Shown: positions 47,176-60,630 of the stretch, piece by piece
Layout: every line of letters starts with the position of its first letter
How positions within the stretch are numbered: the stretch's first letter is position 1
Assembly (NCBI GenBank): GCA_963924565.1
Contig: OZ004612.1
Location: forward strand, 29,078,001 to 29,142,000
Direction: 5' to 3'
Length of the DNA stretch: 64,000 nucleotides
From: Ascidiella aspersa
Taxonomy: Eukaryota
The notes under the pieces: model-generated
The model's input: the letters and a program-made list of their open reading frames with translations, nothing else
Told to the model about the DNA's origin: nothing
The model's database searches: none
Translations under genes and position numbers: made by a program

Positions 47176-48769
47176 GTCGAATATTTCCTCCACCAGACTA
47201 TGTTAACTTCTACTTATTTAATTACAGCTATGCACATTTTGTCTACCTAAACGTTAATGTGACTTCTACAGAATTGATCAAAATATTTTGTATAAAAAAA
47301 TTGTTAGATCAAAGCTAAGGTACAACGTATCGCCAAATGAGATCTTGCGTTCGGATTTCACAGCAGAAAGGCCTTTTTTAGCCTTGCCTATCGTGCATAA
47401 AAATTATAGACTGCTGCATTCCTACACTAACCATTTTAAAAACACCCAAAGTACCAATATATTACTGCCTTGACTAATATAGTATTTTAAATACCTCACA
47501 TATGGCTTTAGAGAAAACAAAGTTGGCCTAAATACAAATTATAATATAATCCCGTCGATTAATTTTGTAGCGCTATATATGTATGGTATATAAATACACT
47601 GCAGCAGTGCTTTTCTGCTGACCTTTTTAATAATCGCGGTTAAATTAAGGGTGACCATTTTGTTATTATTTACTGTTACGCTCATAAGGCCGACTTTTAT
47701 TCAATAGGCAATTGCACTTTAAATAGCCCTAAACTTTTATATCCGGTAATAGTTTTAACCCTTTGCCGCCCTTCTTCATAAATTAAACTGCATAATTAAT
47801 CGGGATACCATTTGGGCGATAACAAAACATACATTGAGAAGAAGTAACTGGCAAACGGCGACATTTTGTTATAAAACGCCAGGTTTTTATTTTTCACAAT
47901 TACAATATATAGCAAAATATTTCAACTTAACAAATCGACATTATATTTTCTACATTTAATCAATATCCGTGCTTTACTAAAAAATGCATTTAAATATGAT
48001 TAAACTTAATTTTAACGTACCGCATTACTTTTTTCGCCTTTTTATAGAATAGTAAGTTCTAATGCCAATACTCAAATTAAAGGGAAAGGTTAGTTAAAGA
48101 ATAAAATATACACACTTTTACATACAATTAAGTATAACACTGCTTGAGAAACAAATACATATATGCAGGATTCAACTTGTTAGCTAAATTTTATAAAACG
48201 TGTATTTAAAAGTTTATTGTGGATTTACATGTCATTAAATGACAATAACATTTCATTCGCCACTAACAAAACCATAGAGCACAGAGGTATCACTAAAATC
48301 AAATATAAAACGCCTTTTCAAACCATTAAGGCAAGTTTTGGCATGTTGAAATGCATCTTTAAAACTAAAATAAAAAATTTGCATATTTAGAAACGCCTAA
48401 CTAACACCATAATCTAACTTTCACTCAATTAAAAATGCTTAAATAATAACCTACAAAAGCTAAATTACTCTTAACATTTATCCAGTTATGTGGCCAAGAC
48501 GCCGGTAAAACTGCAAAAAACACATTAAAATAACATTTACAAAATAACATTTACATGGCGTACAACTTTTTAGTGAATCTGTAGTTAAAAGTGGTGTCGA
48601 ATAGCCAAAAGTTACACGTTGTGGTATATGTCAGAAAATATCCTCGCTTCGTGTCGGTTAAATATTTTGACTGTTAAATATACTTTTGCTGAAACGCCTT
48701 TAGATCGCTTAAAACGCGACCGAATATGCTACAAACATGGTGACGAAGTAAAACGTGGTTGATCTTCTA

Positions 48770-51700
48770 TCAGGGTTGCATTTCAACCAAACTGTTCGAC
48801 TCTGGGCTGCTGGAACTTTCACCGCTCAAGTCCGTCATTTCCTTGTCGGGTGAAAAGTGCATTCGCTTGCGTTGTAACTGAAACGATAAAGTTTTTTAGG
48901 GAACACACAATAAGAACTATACAAGGCAACGATGTCGAAAGCAGAATAGTCTATAACACCATAGTATTAAGACCAACGACACTATAAAGCCAAATACACA
49001 GTAATAACCACGACAGATCTAAATCGTCTAAATGGACCTAAACCTGTCAGAATAAGTTCTAATTTCGCCGGAATAAGACCTAAATAGCCAAAATAACACC
49101 GGAAAGTGTCGTGAGAGGGTATGGGACGATCAGGGGCCATAGGTCTGGCATCGGTTGTTTTGATGTCGCGTTAGGACGCCCTAGGTCGGCGCCGTTAGTG
49201 CGCTGTTGTTTTAGCACCAGATTGTTTTACCCTGTTCGGAGTTATTAGGGGATAATAGTAGGGGTTATAAATTGGGTTACGGTAAAATTATTAGGGAAGT
49301 TAGTAATCTAGGTACACAGAAAAGCCATCGCAGGCTGAATCTGTCGATCAATGACGAAAGCAAGGTTAGCAAAACAACTAGTCTGAAGTGAGGTTCGAAC
49401 TCGCAACCTCCAGCCCTACCGGGCTAGATCACTGTTGTTGAACACATAGGTGTATGTTTTTTTTATTGATATTTTTTCATTGAATGGAGACTACTTATAA
49501 CAGCTGAATTGTTTCTCACCTTCTAATTTGATTTGATTGTTCACATTGCTTGTTAATTGTGTCGCTAATTACTTACAGCTCGTAACTTAAAAGAGGGATA
49601 AGTTCGGTCTCCCCCACCCAAAAATAAGTCTGAATCAATATTTGACCAAAATAATGATCTTTTGGTGTTTGGTATTGAATCGAATGGTCTTACGTTTACT
49701 TAAATAACGGAATGAAATACGAAGTATCGCACATTCCTACTTACCGCTACAAATCCACTGTCGTAACTGTAACCGTTCATCCACGTCTTGAAGATCTTGT
49801 AAACGGCAAATCCAGGTATCATGAGCACGGAGCTTAGACTCATGAGGAAGGCCACTCCCTGCGCCCAACCAGGGTACTCGTAATCTTGGTAGGTGAGAGG
49901 CTGGTGGACGGCAACGTAGTAAAGAGCCATCAGCTGTTAAAGGGGAGAATGCGATTAAATGTGTACTATAAAGCTAGCAGCTGTGAATAGAAAGAATATG
50001 GTTAGAGGTGTATTTTCTTGAAAGTGGTAAATGGAATTTTATCGATGGTAGCAGCATTTAATAAAGAGCCATCAGCTGTAAAGGGAACAATATGCTTAGA
50101 GGTGTATTTCTTTTCCTTGCAAACTGTCACAAAAACTTAACTCACCTCACAAAATGTGGGTGAACTTCGAAGAGAGAATAATTAATCTACATTTTAAACT
50201 TTTCTAGACCTGGCAAATAAGCAAGGCATATATTGCCCCCATGAAGTATTTTACCCACACCCATCGAAATGTAGATTGTAAAGCTTTGAAATTCCGGCAA
50301 ATAGGAAAGTTTTGTGTCATCTCTGCAAATACCTGTACCCTCACCTATCACTTACAGTGTTATTTTAGAACACTTGTTAGTTACTCCCATGAACTTCAAA
50401 GAGTGCTTAATCTGCATTCTAAGTTCTCTAGTTCCGGCAAATAGACAGGGCATAGAATGTTCCCCTTTATCCACACCTATCGCTTATAGTGTATTTTCAG
50501 CACACATGTTGCTTACTCTACAAAAATGGGGTCCCACTAACTTCGAAGAGAGCATAATACACTTTCTAAACTTTCAAAATCCGTCAAATAGGCACGTTTT
50601 ATAATATTCCCGTGGAAATTTCTTTACCCACAAGTTTCGCTTGTGGAGTTTTCTCAGATCAAACATTATTCACTTCACAAAAACGTAACTAAGAGATCAT
50701 AATCTGCATTCTAAATTTTTTAATTCCGGCAAATAGGAATGCATAGAATGTCCACGTTTACCTACACCTATCGCTTATGGTGTTTTTGGTACACACGTAA
50801 CTTACTCTACAAAAAGTAAACCCTGCGGACAAGAGAGCATAATCAACATTTTAAATTTTCTAAGTCCGGTTCTTCCAAGGTAGCCTATTTAATGTCTCCC
50901 CGGAAATATCCACACATATCCCTTCTAGTGTTTTTCATACAAAAATTTTACTCACTCCACAAAAGGTAGGTCCCACGAACTTCCAAGACACCATTATCCA
51001 CGTTCTTCCCCATCTATCTCCAATCATGTCCTTCATTTCCTCCCAGTACCTGTCGAATCCGTAGAACCAGGCGATGGCCACGAACTCACAAGCCACGATG
51101 AAGAACATTGACCAACCGGCAACCCCGTAGTTGTTGTAGATCTCGAACACGTACACGCCTCCCTGTAAGTAAAGTAGTTCCGTACAGTATTTTGGCTTAT
51201 TTAGGGACATACAGCTGCATACAGAGAACTTAGAAGTACCAAAGTGCTTTATTATTGCAGTTTAGTTATGCTTTAGAGCAGTGGTCGGCAACTTTTTTTT
51301 GAAATACTCTTTCCCAAAATACTCTTTCCAGAACACGCCTCCCTGGAAGTAAAGTAGTTGTGTTACTTTTTTGACAGTTTTTTTTACTTTTCTAGGGACA
51401 TACATCTGCATACAGAGAACTTAGAAGTACCAAAGTGCTTTATTATTGCAGTTTAGCTATGTTTTAGAGCAGTGGTCGGCAACTTTTCCCGCGGCCCAAA
51501 ATACTCTTTTCAAAGCTAAGGCCCACTACGTAAAACCACTACGACAACAGAGACGAATCGAGGATTTTTGTCAGGCCTGGGGACATGCAATTTTTTAACA
51601 TGACGTTAGAAAGTTACGCCTCACGCACTAATTTCTAAAAGATAGTACAATACATGTACGGTTATCCATCACGCGGCCCACAAATACATGATAAAACCTA

Positions 51701-54700
51701 TTAAAAAATGGCTCTGCGACCTAAATTTGGGTAGTGGCCCTCAGTTTGCCGACCACTATTTTAGAGCATAATGCCTGGAGGTTATAGTAAGATGTGGTAA
51801 GAATATTTTTAAGCCCATACAGAAGTACACCATGTTAAAAAATAAATCATCTATGTTGAAAAAGTATGTTGAAAGTGTTCCAAACGTTCAAAATGCTACC
51901 TTCTTCTGTATGGGCTTTGATATTCTTACTAGTTTCGTTTTAGTTTCATGAAGTGCTTTAAACTGTGTACTAAATATGCTGCATGCGTATTGTTGACCAT
52001 AAAAGCCAGCAACAGACAATTTTTACATAGAATTCCTGGGTATTTTTTTATAAAAAATCCGAATCGCCACACTGTTATATTTAAGACATGTTCCGCAAGT
52101 TGTGCCACTTTAAAAAACGAGCTTATAGCAATTTAGACTGACAATGTGCGTTTGTCAGCATTAGAAATCCTACTATCAAATATAAGCAGGTTTATAACAA
52201 TGATTTTGCGTTGGTTCAATGAAGGCAACCATTTTATATTAATTATTTAAAGAAAAAATTAAAATGAGGTCGTTATAACCCCAACCAGGTGTTTGCAAAT
52301 TTAAATACATGTGATTTTTTGACTTATTTTGTGACATGCAGTTACATACAAACAACTTGGAAGTGTCAAAGTGCTTTATTATTGTTGTTTAGTTGTGTTT
52401 TAGTTTCATGAAGTGTTTTTTTATTTGAATACAGAATGTGCTGTATGCTTTTTGTTGGTCGTAAAAGCCAGTAGCAGAGAATATTTTATTTGGGCTTGCG
52501 GAGTATTTTTTTATATAAAGTCGCATGGTCACACCTTTAAATTCTAGTAGTTAAAAAACGACTAAAAATGAATAAACGACTTGGTATTCTAGCGAATATT
52601 TTACCTCAGTGGTCATTGAGAGTCCAATACACATAAGAAGGAAGCAAAACACTGCTTGGGTTAATTCCCTTCGTTTGCGAAATATCGGAAAGTTGTCGAA
52701 GATAATTCCCATCATCGTTTCTTGGCACACAAACTGAAAATTAAAAAAAAAATGTTTTGGAAAAATTAAATGGAATCGTTAGTATTACAGCGATGACTTT
52801 CGGTGATAGCTTTCAGTGCAGAAATACGTGGACAGAAAGCAGGTTCTGAAGAGTTAGGACTAGACCACAGTTGTTGAACATATATATGTGTGTGTATCTC
52901 GCTCCACTCTGAGCCTGCGTCGCTTACTTTATAGGGCGACGCTCCCGGTATGACGGGGGTCGTGAGTTCGAACCTTACCACATACTAAATGTTTTTCTAG
53001 CCTGCCTTACATCATTGATCGACAGATTCTGTTAGTCTGCGAAGGCTTCCGATGTATTGAACCTATCGTTGTTATGCACACAATTATATAAGCTTTGTTG
53101 GATTTCTTGCACCCCAAATAATTAAATGAATGTAAGTATAAGAATCAAGTATATTATGTTGTTATCAAATACGATTGGTCTAACTCCTATTCCACTATAT
53201 GGCTTATAATTCAACTCTAGGATTTAAATCAAAATTTTCTTCTGTCGAAACCTTGAAACTCACCTCTGAGTCGAATCCAAGGAATAGGATCATTAGAAAG
53301 AAGACGACACACCAGAACTGTGGAAGAGGGAGTAAGGAGAGGGTCTGGGGGTAAGCTATGAAGGCGAGGCCGGGTCCGGACGAAGCTACCTCCGCCACTG
53401 TAGTGTTCTGTAAGTCGGTATATAACACAGGTTAGTAATGTTCAGTTTGGTATATGTTGACTTGATGTTGGACTCGTACGGAGTAAATTGTCCGAAATAT
53501 AGGTAGTATTTATTCCCATATGGATATTGGTGAAGAAATGAAACAGAAGTCCTGATTTAAGTCATGATTTAACACACGTAATGAAAATGTTAAGCCAAAC
53601 CGTCACAAACGTCACTACTAATAACAAATAATTTTAAAAACACCTTTTTGTTGAGTGTATCCGTTTTCAAATTGCAGATAAAATGCAGAACTTTTAATTC
53701 ATATATAAGAGATGCATTAGAAACATGTTCATATTATTCAAAGTAACGGCCTTTATATTCTAATTTTTACGAGACACATGGGTCAACATGCATAGTATGT
53801 AACGCTTTTTGGCTGATTATTATATTTCTTTAAAACGGACAAAAAATAGTAAAAAACAGGTAGATGTCAGAGCAAAGTGCTGAGATATTCATATTTACAT
53901 GGCAAAAGCTGCCAAAAATATAGTTTTTTTGTCGGTCGCCCCTAAAGTTATGTATACTGTGAATACAGGTTTACCTGTACTGTACATATGAATGAGAATG
54001 GAAAACAATGGTACTGATGTGATCCCAATCATACCTGGTAGTTAGCCATGAATCCGAGTGTGGAAAAAACAGCGATGCCACTTGCAAAACTGGCAAGAGA
54101 GTTGAAACCGGCGATCAAAAATGAGTCCCTAGAAAAATGGTAGAATGTACTGTGAAATATAGCCCATATATACAAATAATTGCTTACAATATATCAGTAT
54201 ACTACTGGCCGATATTAAACTGATTGTATTTGTAACCTTGTAGTACTACAAAGCAAATGTTCCCATAAAATAACCTGAATTTTTCATGACTGACAAAGGC
54301 AGGTATAGATTATAATCATGACGAAAATGTGTTAAACGTTTTTAATATAAACCTAAAAATTTTTGTCTATTAACACAAACACCTCATTATTTGCCACAGT
54401 TTTTTGCTCTTATTGCAAAACCTTCGGCCCTCGTATTACGCCCCCAACCTAACAACCCTACCATGTCAGAACCCACCTCCAAAAGTCGTGCGTGTATTTG
54501 TTGTAACTTCCCAGGGTCGCTATAGCGCCGCAAGCGGTGGCGTACGAGTAGAGAACTTGGGTGGCTGCGGCAATCCAAACCTAAGTAAGGATGTTATATG
54601 TTACTATATAAGACAATGCACTTTGTTTAAGTGTAAGTATTAAGAACCTTATTCGTACTGTGAGCTATTCCTGTAACACGAGTTTCAGGTGTAAATTTTC

Positions 54701-57700
54701 GGTGGAATGTATACTTTCAACGTTTTGCGTTTTCAAATTGCTGACGCGGCTGTCGCGGATAAATAACTCTCAAGTAGGTTAAACCAACACGAAACTAACG
54801 CTCATATTAGAACGCGTGCAGAATGTGCACAATGCGTGACATGCGTTCTAGTCAAAAGACAAGATACATACCTCTTCTACTACGTGGTTTTTCTGCGGCT
54901 AATTCGAGTTGTGTGACTGCCTATTCTTCGGAGCCTATTAGGTCGTTACTGACTGCGACTAATTCTTCCTTAGCTATGTCCTTATAGTTTACCGACCTTG
55001 TTTTATGGCAGTGTTGTAAATGACTTGTATATCGGAAAGTCTCATAATATGTCGCAAAAATAAATAAATGTCTAATTTTCGCTTTAGGAAAAAAGCATTG
55101 TACGTAAAACCGTTGTAAACCTTAACCAGGCATTTTTACTTACTTGTATATCAGAAAGTCTCACAATATCCGGGATGAGATAATACCTCAGTCCGTCTCC
55201 AGCGCCCTCTAGTGTTACACCCCTCACTAGAATGATGCCGATCAAAAGAAAGGGAGCTGTAGCTGTGACGTAGATTACCTATGACGAAACAATAGACAAA
55301 CAAAGGTAAGATTCATTTTAAAATACAAAAAGGTAATTTTAAACAAAGCGAAGATAGCTGCGAGAGTATAATTTTTTTCTCGTTAGCATTGTAATTTAAT
55401 GATATATATTTAAAAAAAAAATTATAAAATGTTATATAAATCTAGGCAACAATTGAATTCTGTTTTAACTTATTTTTGCGAAATATTTTTTCATAAAAGT
55501 GATAAATTTAACCAACACTAATCGTGCACAGACCAACAAAAAGTAAGGAAAGATGCAATAATATTTATATAAGATTAAATAAACTGTTTATTAGTCGCCT
55601 GAATGGCCAACACAGTAAAAAAATATTTAAAAACATAAATAGCTATCGAGAAAAAGCCTTGAGCAAAGAAAGGTAAAACGTTTCACCTTGGCCGACCACT
55701 TAATGCCCTTGAAAGTGCACAAGTAAATCCAGACCCACAGAATAAGAAGATAGAGTGCTAAATCCCACCTCATATTTCCCGGTTTGTCGAGGCCCGAGGA
55801 AACGTTGAGAACTTCTCTCCTAAAAATAAAAATGATATAACTGAGGTCCTACGCAAAACCAATTTTTTTCCAACCAAAAAGAACCGATACCCATTGCCTA
55901 GTGGTAATACTAATTTGATATATTTAGATTTGAAGCAACAACCGACACTCGTGTAGCCAGTTTTGTAAACAAGTCATTTTGAAATAAATTCCTCGTCAAG
56001 TCTTAAAAAACAACTTGAACACAAGTCAATTATTTTACAAATATAAAATAAAATTGTTATGAGGGCAACTCAACTTCTTGACTTGAACGACTGATAACTT
56101 GGACTCGGACTTGACTTTTTTTTAGAAGACTTATACTCACGTCATTTCACAAATGACTTACAAAATGTCAGCATTACACAACTGACTCACATCCAATACT
56201 CAGTGGCAGAAGATACAGTCCCGTTTGGGTACAGGGTTTCATTCTTCCACGTTTTGTTGCCAATTCCTTCAGGTGTGATGCAGCGTGCTGTGTTCCAGTC
56301 GTTGTCACAGGTGGACCAGGGTAGGGTGCTCCGAAAGCTGTTAACAAAGTACTTGAGAGCCCACACCAGGATGATGGGGTAGCTCACGTTGGAGTGAAAC
56401 ACAACCATAGTTTGCGCGAAGGCGATTCCTGCAAATCATAAACGGGTTTTTATTAAATTGGTTAATGTTATAAATTAAAGCGCTTTTTAAGAGCATAATT
56501 CGGACGTCGTGCCCTTACGGAGTTAAGATAATTATGTAAAAATGCAGTTTCATGGCCGATTTAAAAAGGGGAACTGAAATACACATGGTATAATTGTGAA
56601 TAATTTGTAAAGCTATGAATGCCCAAGTTTTGACTATAGCTGGTAGTAGTGGGAATAAGTGATGGTGGAATATAAGTGTAATTTGTTTAAAAAAATATTC
56701 TAAAATTATAAATGTTTTATATAAAGTAATCCGCGCGCCGTTTAAATTGCTTTGTTTGACCAGGTCTGATCTAAAGCAATTTGTAAAAACATAAAATATT
56801 TGAGTGTCCAACAGGTTACCTTTGAATATTGGCACGGTGGCCCAGCTCTGCACGATTCCCTTGCGCACTTTTTGACCGATCGAAGTTTCCAGAATAACCA
56901 CAGGAATTGCGATCGTGACCGCGAAAAAGAAGTAGGGAACAAGAAAGGCTCCTGGAAAAAGGTAAAGAATGTGCTAAATGTTTTGAATAAATCGATACAA
57001 GCTGGAGGTTGTAGTTAGACGTATTTATATTTATAGTCAACAAGGTTAAGAAAACAATGGTCAAATATCACTAAATAATGCCCTTCCTGTTTTTGTTTAA
57101 TTAGTGTAAAGGCTTAAAGGTAATATCCCCTTGTTTAGGACAGCGATTTTCAAATGAAGTTCCCTGATCGTCTATAGAGTTCCCCAATAGCCCAAATTTA
57201 TTAAAAATCTGAAGTAAAGGGCATATAGCTATCTAATGCCGTCAAAAAAGCTTGCTGAAACCAATCAGATCAGAATTAAAATGCAAGAACAGCCACGTTC
57301 GTTAGAGAAACAACCTGCGGTGAGGTTCGAACTCACGACCTACGGACAAGCCTACAAGTTCATTATTTCTAGAAATTAAAAAATTGTCGCAGCGTAATAT
57401 TTCTAGGTTCTGATCAACACACACAGCGCAATAGGCGAGAAAATGACTAGTTAGTTCTACCTATAGTCAGTCCTCAACAACATGCAATGGTAGGTTAAAT
57501 CAAGGAGCCAACATCTATTTTGTTAGGGTATATTGTCAAGGCTTTATTTTACTTGTCGTTTGGAAGTACCAATTAGTCGTTATAAATTGAGCAAGGTATC
57601 GAATAAAATCGGCGTTAAGCGTATTTTCCTATTAAAAACACACCACGATTAGAAAGCTACAGTTGTGTGTGGGGTATAGTATCAATCAAGCGGCTTTCGA

Positions 57701-58184
57701 TTATTACATGAGTGTTATTATAGATGGTCTGCTCCATGGTCACTTTAAAAATAGAGTTAGCTCCACCAGGGAACATATCAATAGATACAAATCGCTCTTC
57801 TGGTGTAAACGAAGTATAAACCGACGTTTCGGCAGCAGATACCAGCTGACCTCACCAGGGTTAATAATGGGATTAACTGTAGATTTTACACGTTAATTAT
57901 TAACCCTAATGAGGTCAGCTGGTATCTGCTGCCGAAACGTCGGTTTTTAAATCGTTTACACCAGAAAAGCGATTTGTATCCATGGTCACTTTGTACCATT
58001 TGTATGCTATATGTAATTCACCTCCACCGTTCTTGAAGCAGAGATACGGGAATCTCCACACATTTCCCAACCCAACCGACATGCCAACTGTGGCAAATAG
58101 AAAGTCGAAGGATTTGGTCCATTTCTGCCTGTCCACGTGTTCATCCTTCACAGCCACGAAATCTTCGCCTTCAGGTTTGCCCAT
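48770..58184 (-). CDS. SLC6 (NSS) sodium- and chloride-dependent transporter, GABA/betaine/taurine/creatine-like branch (~591 aa, 12 coding exons)
   Basis: Exons 58022-58184, 56820-56951, 56191-56428, 55687-55819, 55144-55278, 54477-54580, 54035-54128, 53264-53407, 52605-52733, 50956-51162, 49745-49933, 48770-48877 (TGA); 1776 nt open. Motifs [73 protein letters not shown]. Confidence 0.95.
49320..49446 (-). mobile_element. tRNA-like repeat copy joined to the terminal motif
   Basis: aatctgtcgatcaatga body, ggttcgaactcgc, then gggctagatcactgttgttgaacaca. Confidence 0.7.
50100..50900. repeat. Degenerate tandem repeat array in SLC6 intron
   Basis: Recurring aacttcgaagagagcataat / ttccggcaaatag / cacctatcgctta units. 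Confidence 0.65.
51470..51758. mobile_element. Non-autonomous hAT element (MITE)
   Basis: TIR cagtggtcggcaa / ttgccgaccacta; perfect TSD ttttagag; its left end is also copied at ~51279-51292. Confidence 0.85.
52855..53060 (+). mobile_element. tRNA-like repeat copy preceded by the terminal motif
   Basis: ggactagaccacagttgttgaaca, then ctctgagcctgcg...ggtcgtgagttcgaacc and body catcattgatcgacagattc. Confidence 0.7.
57784..57980. mobile_element. Hairpin MITE with ~70-bp inverted arms (shorter copy at 37121-37217)
   Basis: Arm gatacaaatcgctcttctggtgtaaacga...cagctgacctca pairs with arm tgaggtcagctg...tcgtttacaccagaaaagcgatttgtatc. Confidence 0.85.
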
Positions 58185-58244
58185 GGTTAATTAAGGCCCT
58201 AAGATTCCTAATGCAAAGGATAAGTAAAAGTCACAAAATAATGT

Positions 58245-58690
58245 ATCAAACGTTTTTTTTTTTTTTTTTACACCTAAATAAATATCACAGCATTTCTTTT
58301 TAACAGTTTTCGTTTATTTACACTAAAAGATATATCAAACATGTTTTAAATATATGTTTCCTAAACAAAAAAATATCACACATTTTTTTAACATTTGTTT
58401 TCAATTTTATTTTACACTAAAATATATATCAAACATTTTTCTTGACATTTGTATTTAATATATATTACACCAAACGATATAACGAACGTTTTTTTAAACA
58501 TTGTTAGTTATATTTTTCACACCAAAAGATGTGGCCTATTGAACGTTTTAGTAAAATTTTTGGTCAATTTTTAAGACACCAAAATATATTTTATTTATGC
58601 TTTTTGATATTTTTTTACACCAAATCACATATCAAACATTTTTTTTTAAATATTTTTACATCAAAATAGCCTATATATCAAACGTTTTTT
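58245..58690. repeat. Degenerate ~45-55-bp tandem repeat upstream of the first SLC6 coding exon
   Basis: Recurring ttttacac(c/t)aaa...atatcaaac(a/g)tttt units. Confidence 0.65.
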
Positions 58691-59824
58691 TAATGGCACA
58701 AATGCTTTTCAACAGCAGTTTAATACCTTCTTCTTTTTACTTGAAGCAGAAGCATTTCATTTAAAAGAGCTGGAATTAAAACGCCCTAAAACCACATTAT
58801 TACATTGAATAGAAATTCTTTTGAATTATCAGTTTTTTTTTTCGCAGAGCTTAATATTTTAATGCAAGTCGTCCAACGTAAAAATATTTCTAGATAACTG
58901 GTTTTAAATGATTAACTATAGTTTTAAATAATATAAATAAGTTCTTTGATTTAAAAAAAATATAATGAACCCAAGCTGTTGTAAACTTTCCCACAGATCT
59001 TTTATTTCAAACTAACTGAACGGAAATTCTTTCAGCTTACTCAAAATTATCGCAGAACGTGGGAATCTAAACAACTTCTCGTTTTAAACGCGCAGTTTGG
59101 CCCCTAATGTAAATATTTAACGGTTTGTGACCACACACCAAAACAATCACATTACCGTCTAAATCAGGGTTTTAAATTGGAGCCAGGTGACTAGTTGGCC
59201 AATGAATGCTTAGTCAAAATCTTATTGTATTATTTGAAAAAAAGAAAAAACAAATTTGAATAAATGTTTCAACATGAATTTGAAATAATTATTTCCAAAT
59301 AAAAAAGAATAAACCAAAAAACTTCCCCGCCTTATTTTGAAGGTATTTAAACTTTATTTCAGTTATATAGTTTGTCCAAAACAGTTACATGCCGACCCGG
59401 GTCCACGCAAACCAAAAAATGTTTTTAGAAGATCATCGTGAACCAAAAAACATTGATTATTTTTAGGGTCCACATTAAAATAATGCAAAATCCCCTGGTC
59501 CAAACGCAACTTGCATTTACGCAATTGCAAAAGATGAAGGATTTTTTGCCAAACTTTTGAAAACCATGCAGGGAACACTAAACTATAGGCTTTATTTCTG
59601 CTTTATACTAAGTTAACCTTCAACGTTTTTTGCTTAATATTTCCACTGCTCTACCTAGGTATACACAAAAACAGTTTAAAAACCCGGTAAAACCGGTTTA
59701 AAGGTTTATATTGGGCGTAATATGTTCTTTAATTCAAATAAATCGACTATAACTGCTTCGTGTAAGCTGGAGTTCATATGATACTCTCACAAAATAACTA
59801 AAATTCTACTATCAGATCTAGTTA

Positions 59825-60020
59825 GTATATCAAAGTCCATACAGAAGTAGGTAGAATTTTTAATAGTTTCGAATATCTCTCTATTCATTTTTAGCATAAA
59901 AAAGGTTGATTATGTTGAAAATAAGTAAATAGATATTCTGAACGTTTAAAAGCGCTTCCTACTTCTGTATGGGCTTTGATATTATTACTTGGTCGCACGA
60001 CAACCTCCAGCCATTATGTT
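59825..60020. mobile_element. Palindromic foldback/MITE family copy
   Basis: atatcaaagtccatacagaagtagg ... cctacttctgtatgggctttgatat, ending acaacctccagccattatg. Confidence 0.8.
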
Positions 60021-60157
60021 ACAAAAAATACTATCAGATAACTTTACATAAATAACCCTTATAGACATTTTCGTGGTCCTCAAACTTTCCAAAAAAAATT
60101 TTGCAATTCAATGAAATTGCAATAAAATTTTGCAATTCAATGAAAAAGCACCGCTGC

Positions 60158-60630
60158 AGTACCCGCACACCTCGGCTATACATAGAACGCTTTGTATGCA
60201 GAATTCTAAATGCATCAAGTGTAAGAAGTGTGCGACGGTATGCACTTCGGGTTACTTCAAATAGACGACTTTACCAAAATGCACTCTTTATAGACCTTTT
60301 AATAAACCTTTTTTTAAAACAAAGTTTTGCAATCCATCAGATTGCCTGGCGTACCCGTTCACCTCGGCTATATAGAGATAGCTCTGTAGAATTTTGAATG
60401 CACAGGTGTAGTAAGTGTGCAGCGGTAGTATGCACTTCGGGGCTACAAGCTTCAACAGTCGTCTTTATTGAATTGCACTCTTTGTAGACTTTTTCATAGG
60501 CCGTAAATAAAAAAAATACGTTTTTTAATCTATTAGACTGCCTTTTGTACCCGTACAACTAAATAAAGAAAGCTCTGCAGAATTTTCAAAGTGCAGCAAT
60601 AGTATGCACTCTGGGGTTACGAGCTTCACC
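60158..60630. repeat. ~190-bp direct repeats
   Basis: gtacccg...cacctcggctata...gtatgcacttcggg units at ~60159, ~60351 and a partial copy at ~60548. Confidence 0.65.

Noticed and set aside
9026-58210. Operon or spliced-leader trans-splicing of four co-oriented genes
   Set aside because: Acceptor-like AGs precede each ATG, but plausible upstream donors exist (9210, 30287, ~47495) and stop-to-start gaps are 1.6-2.4 kb; not supportable without transcripts.
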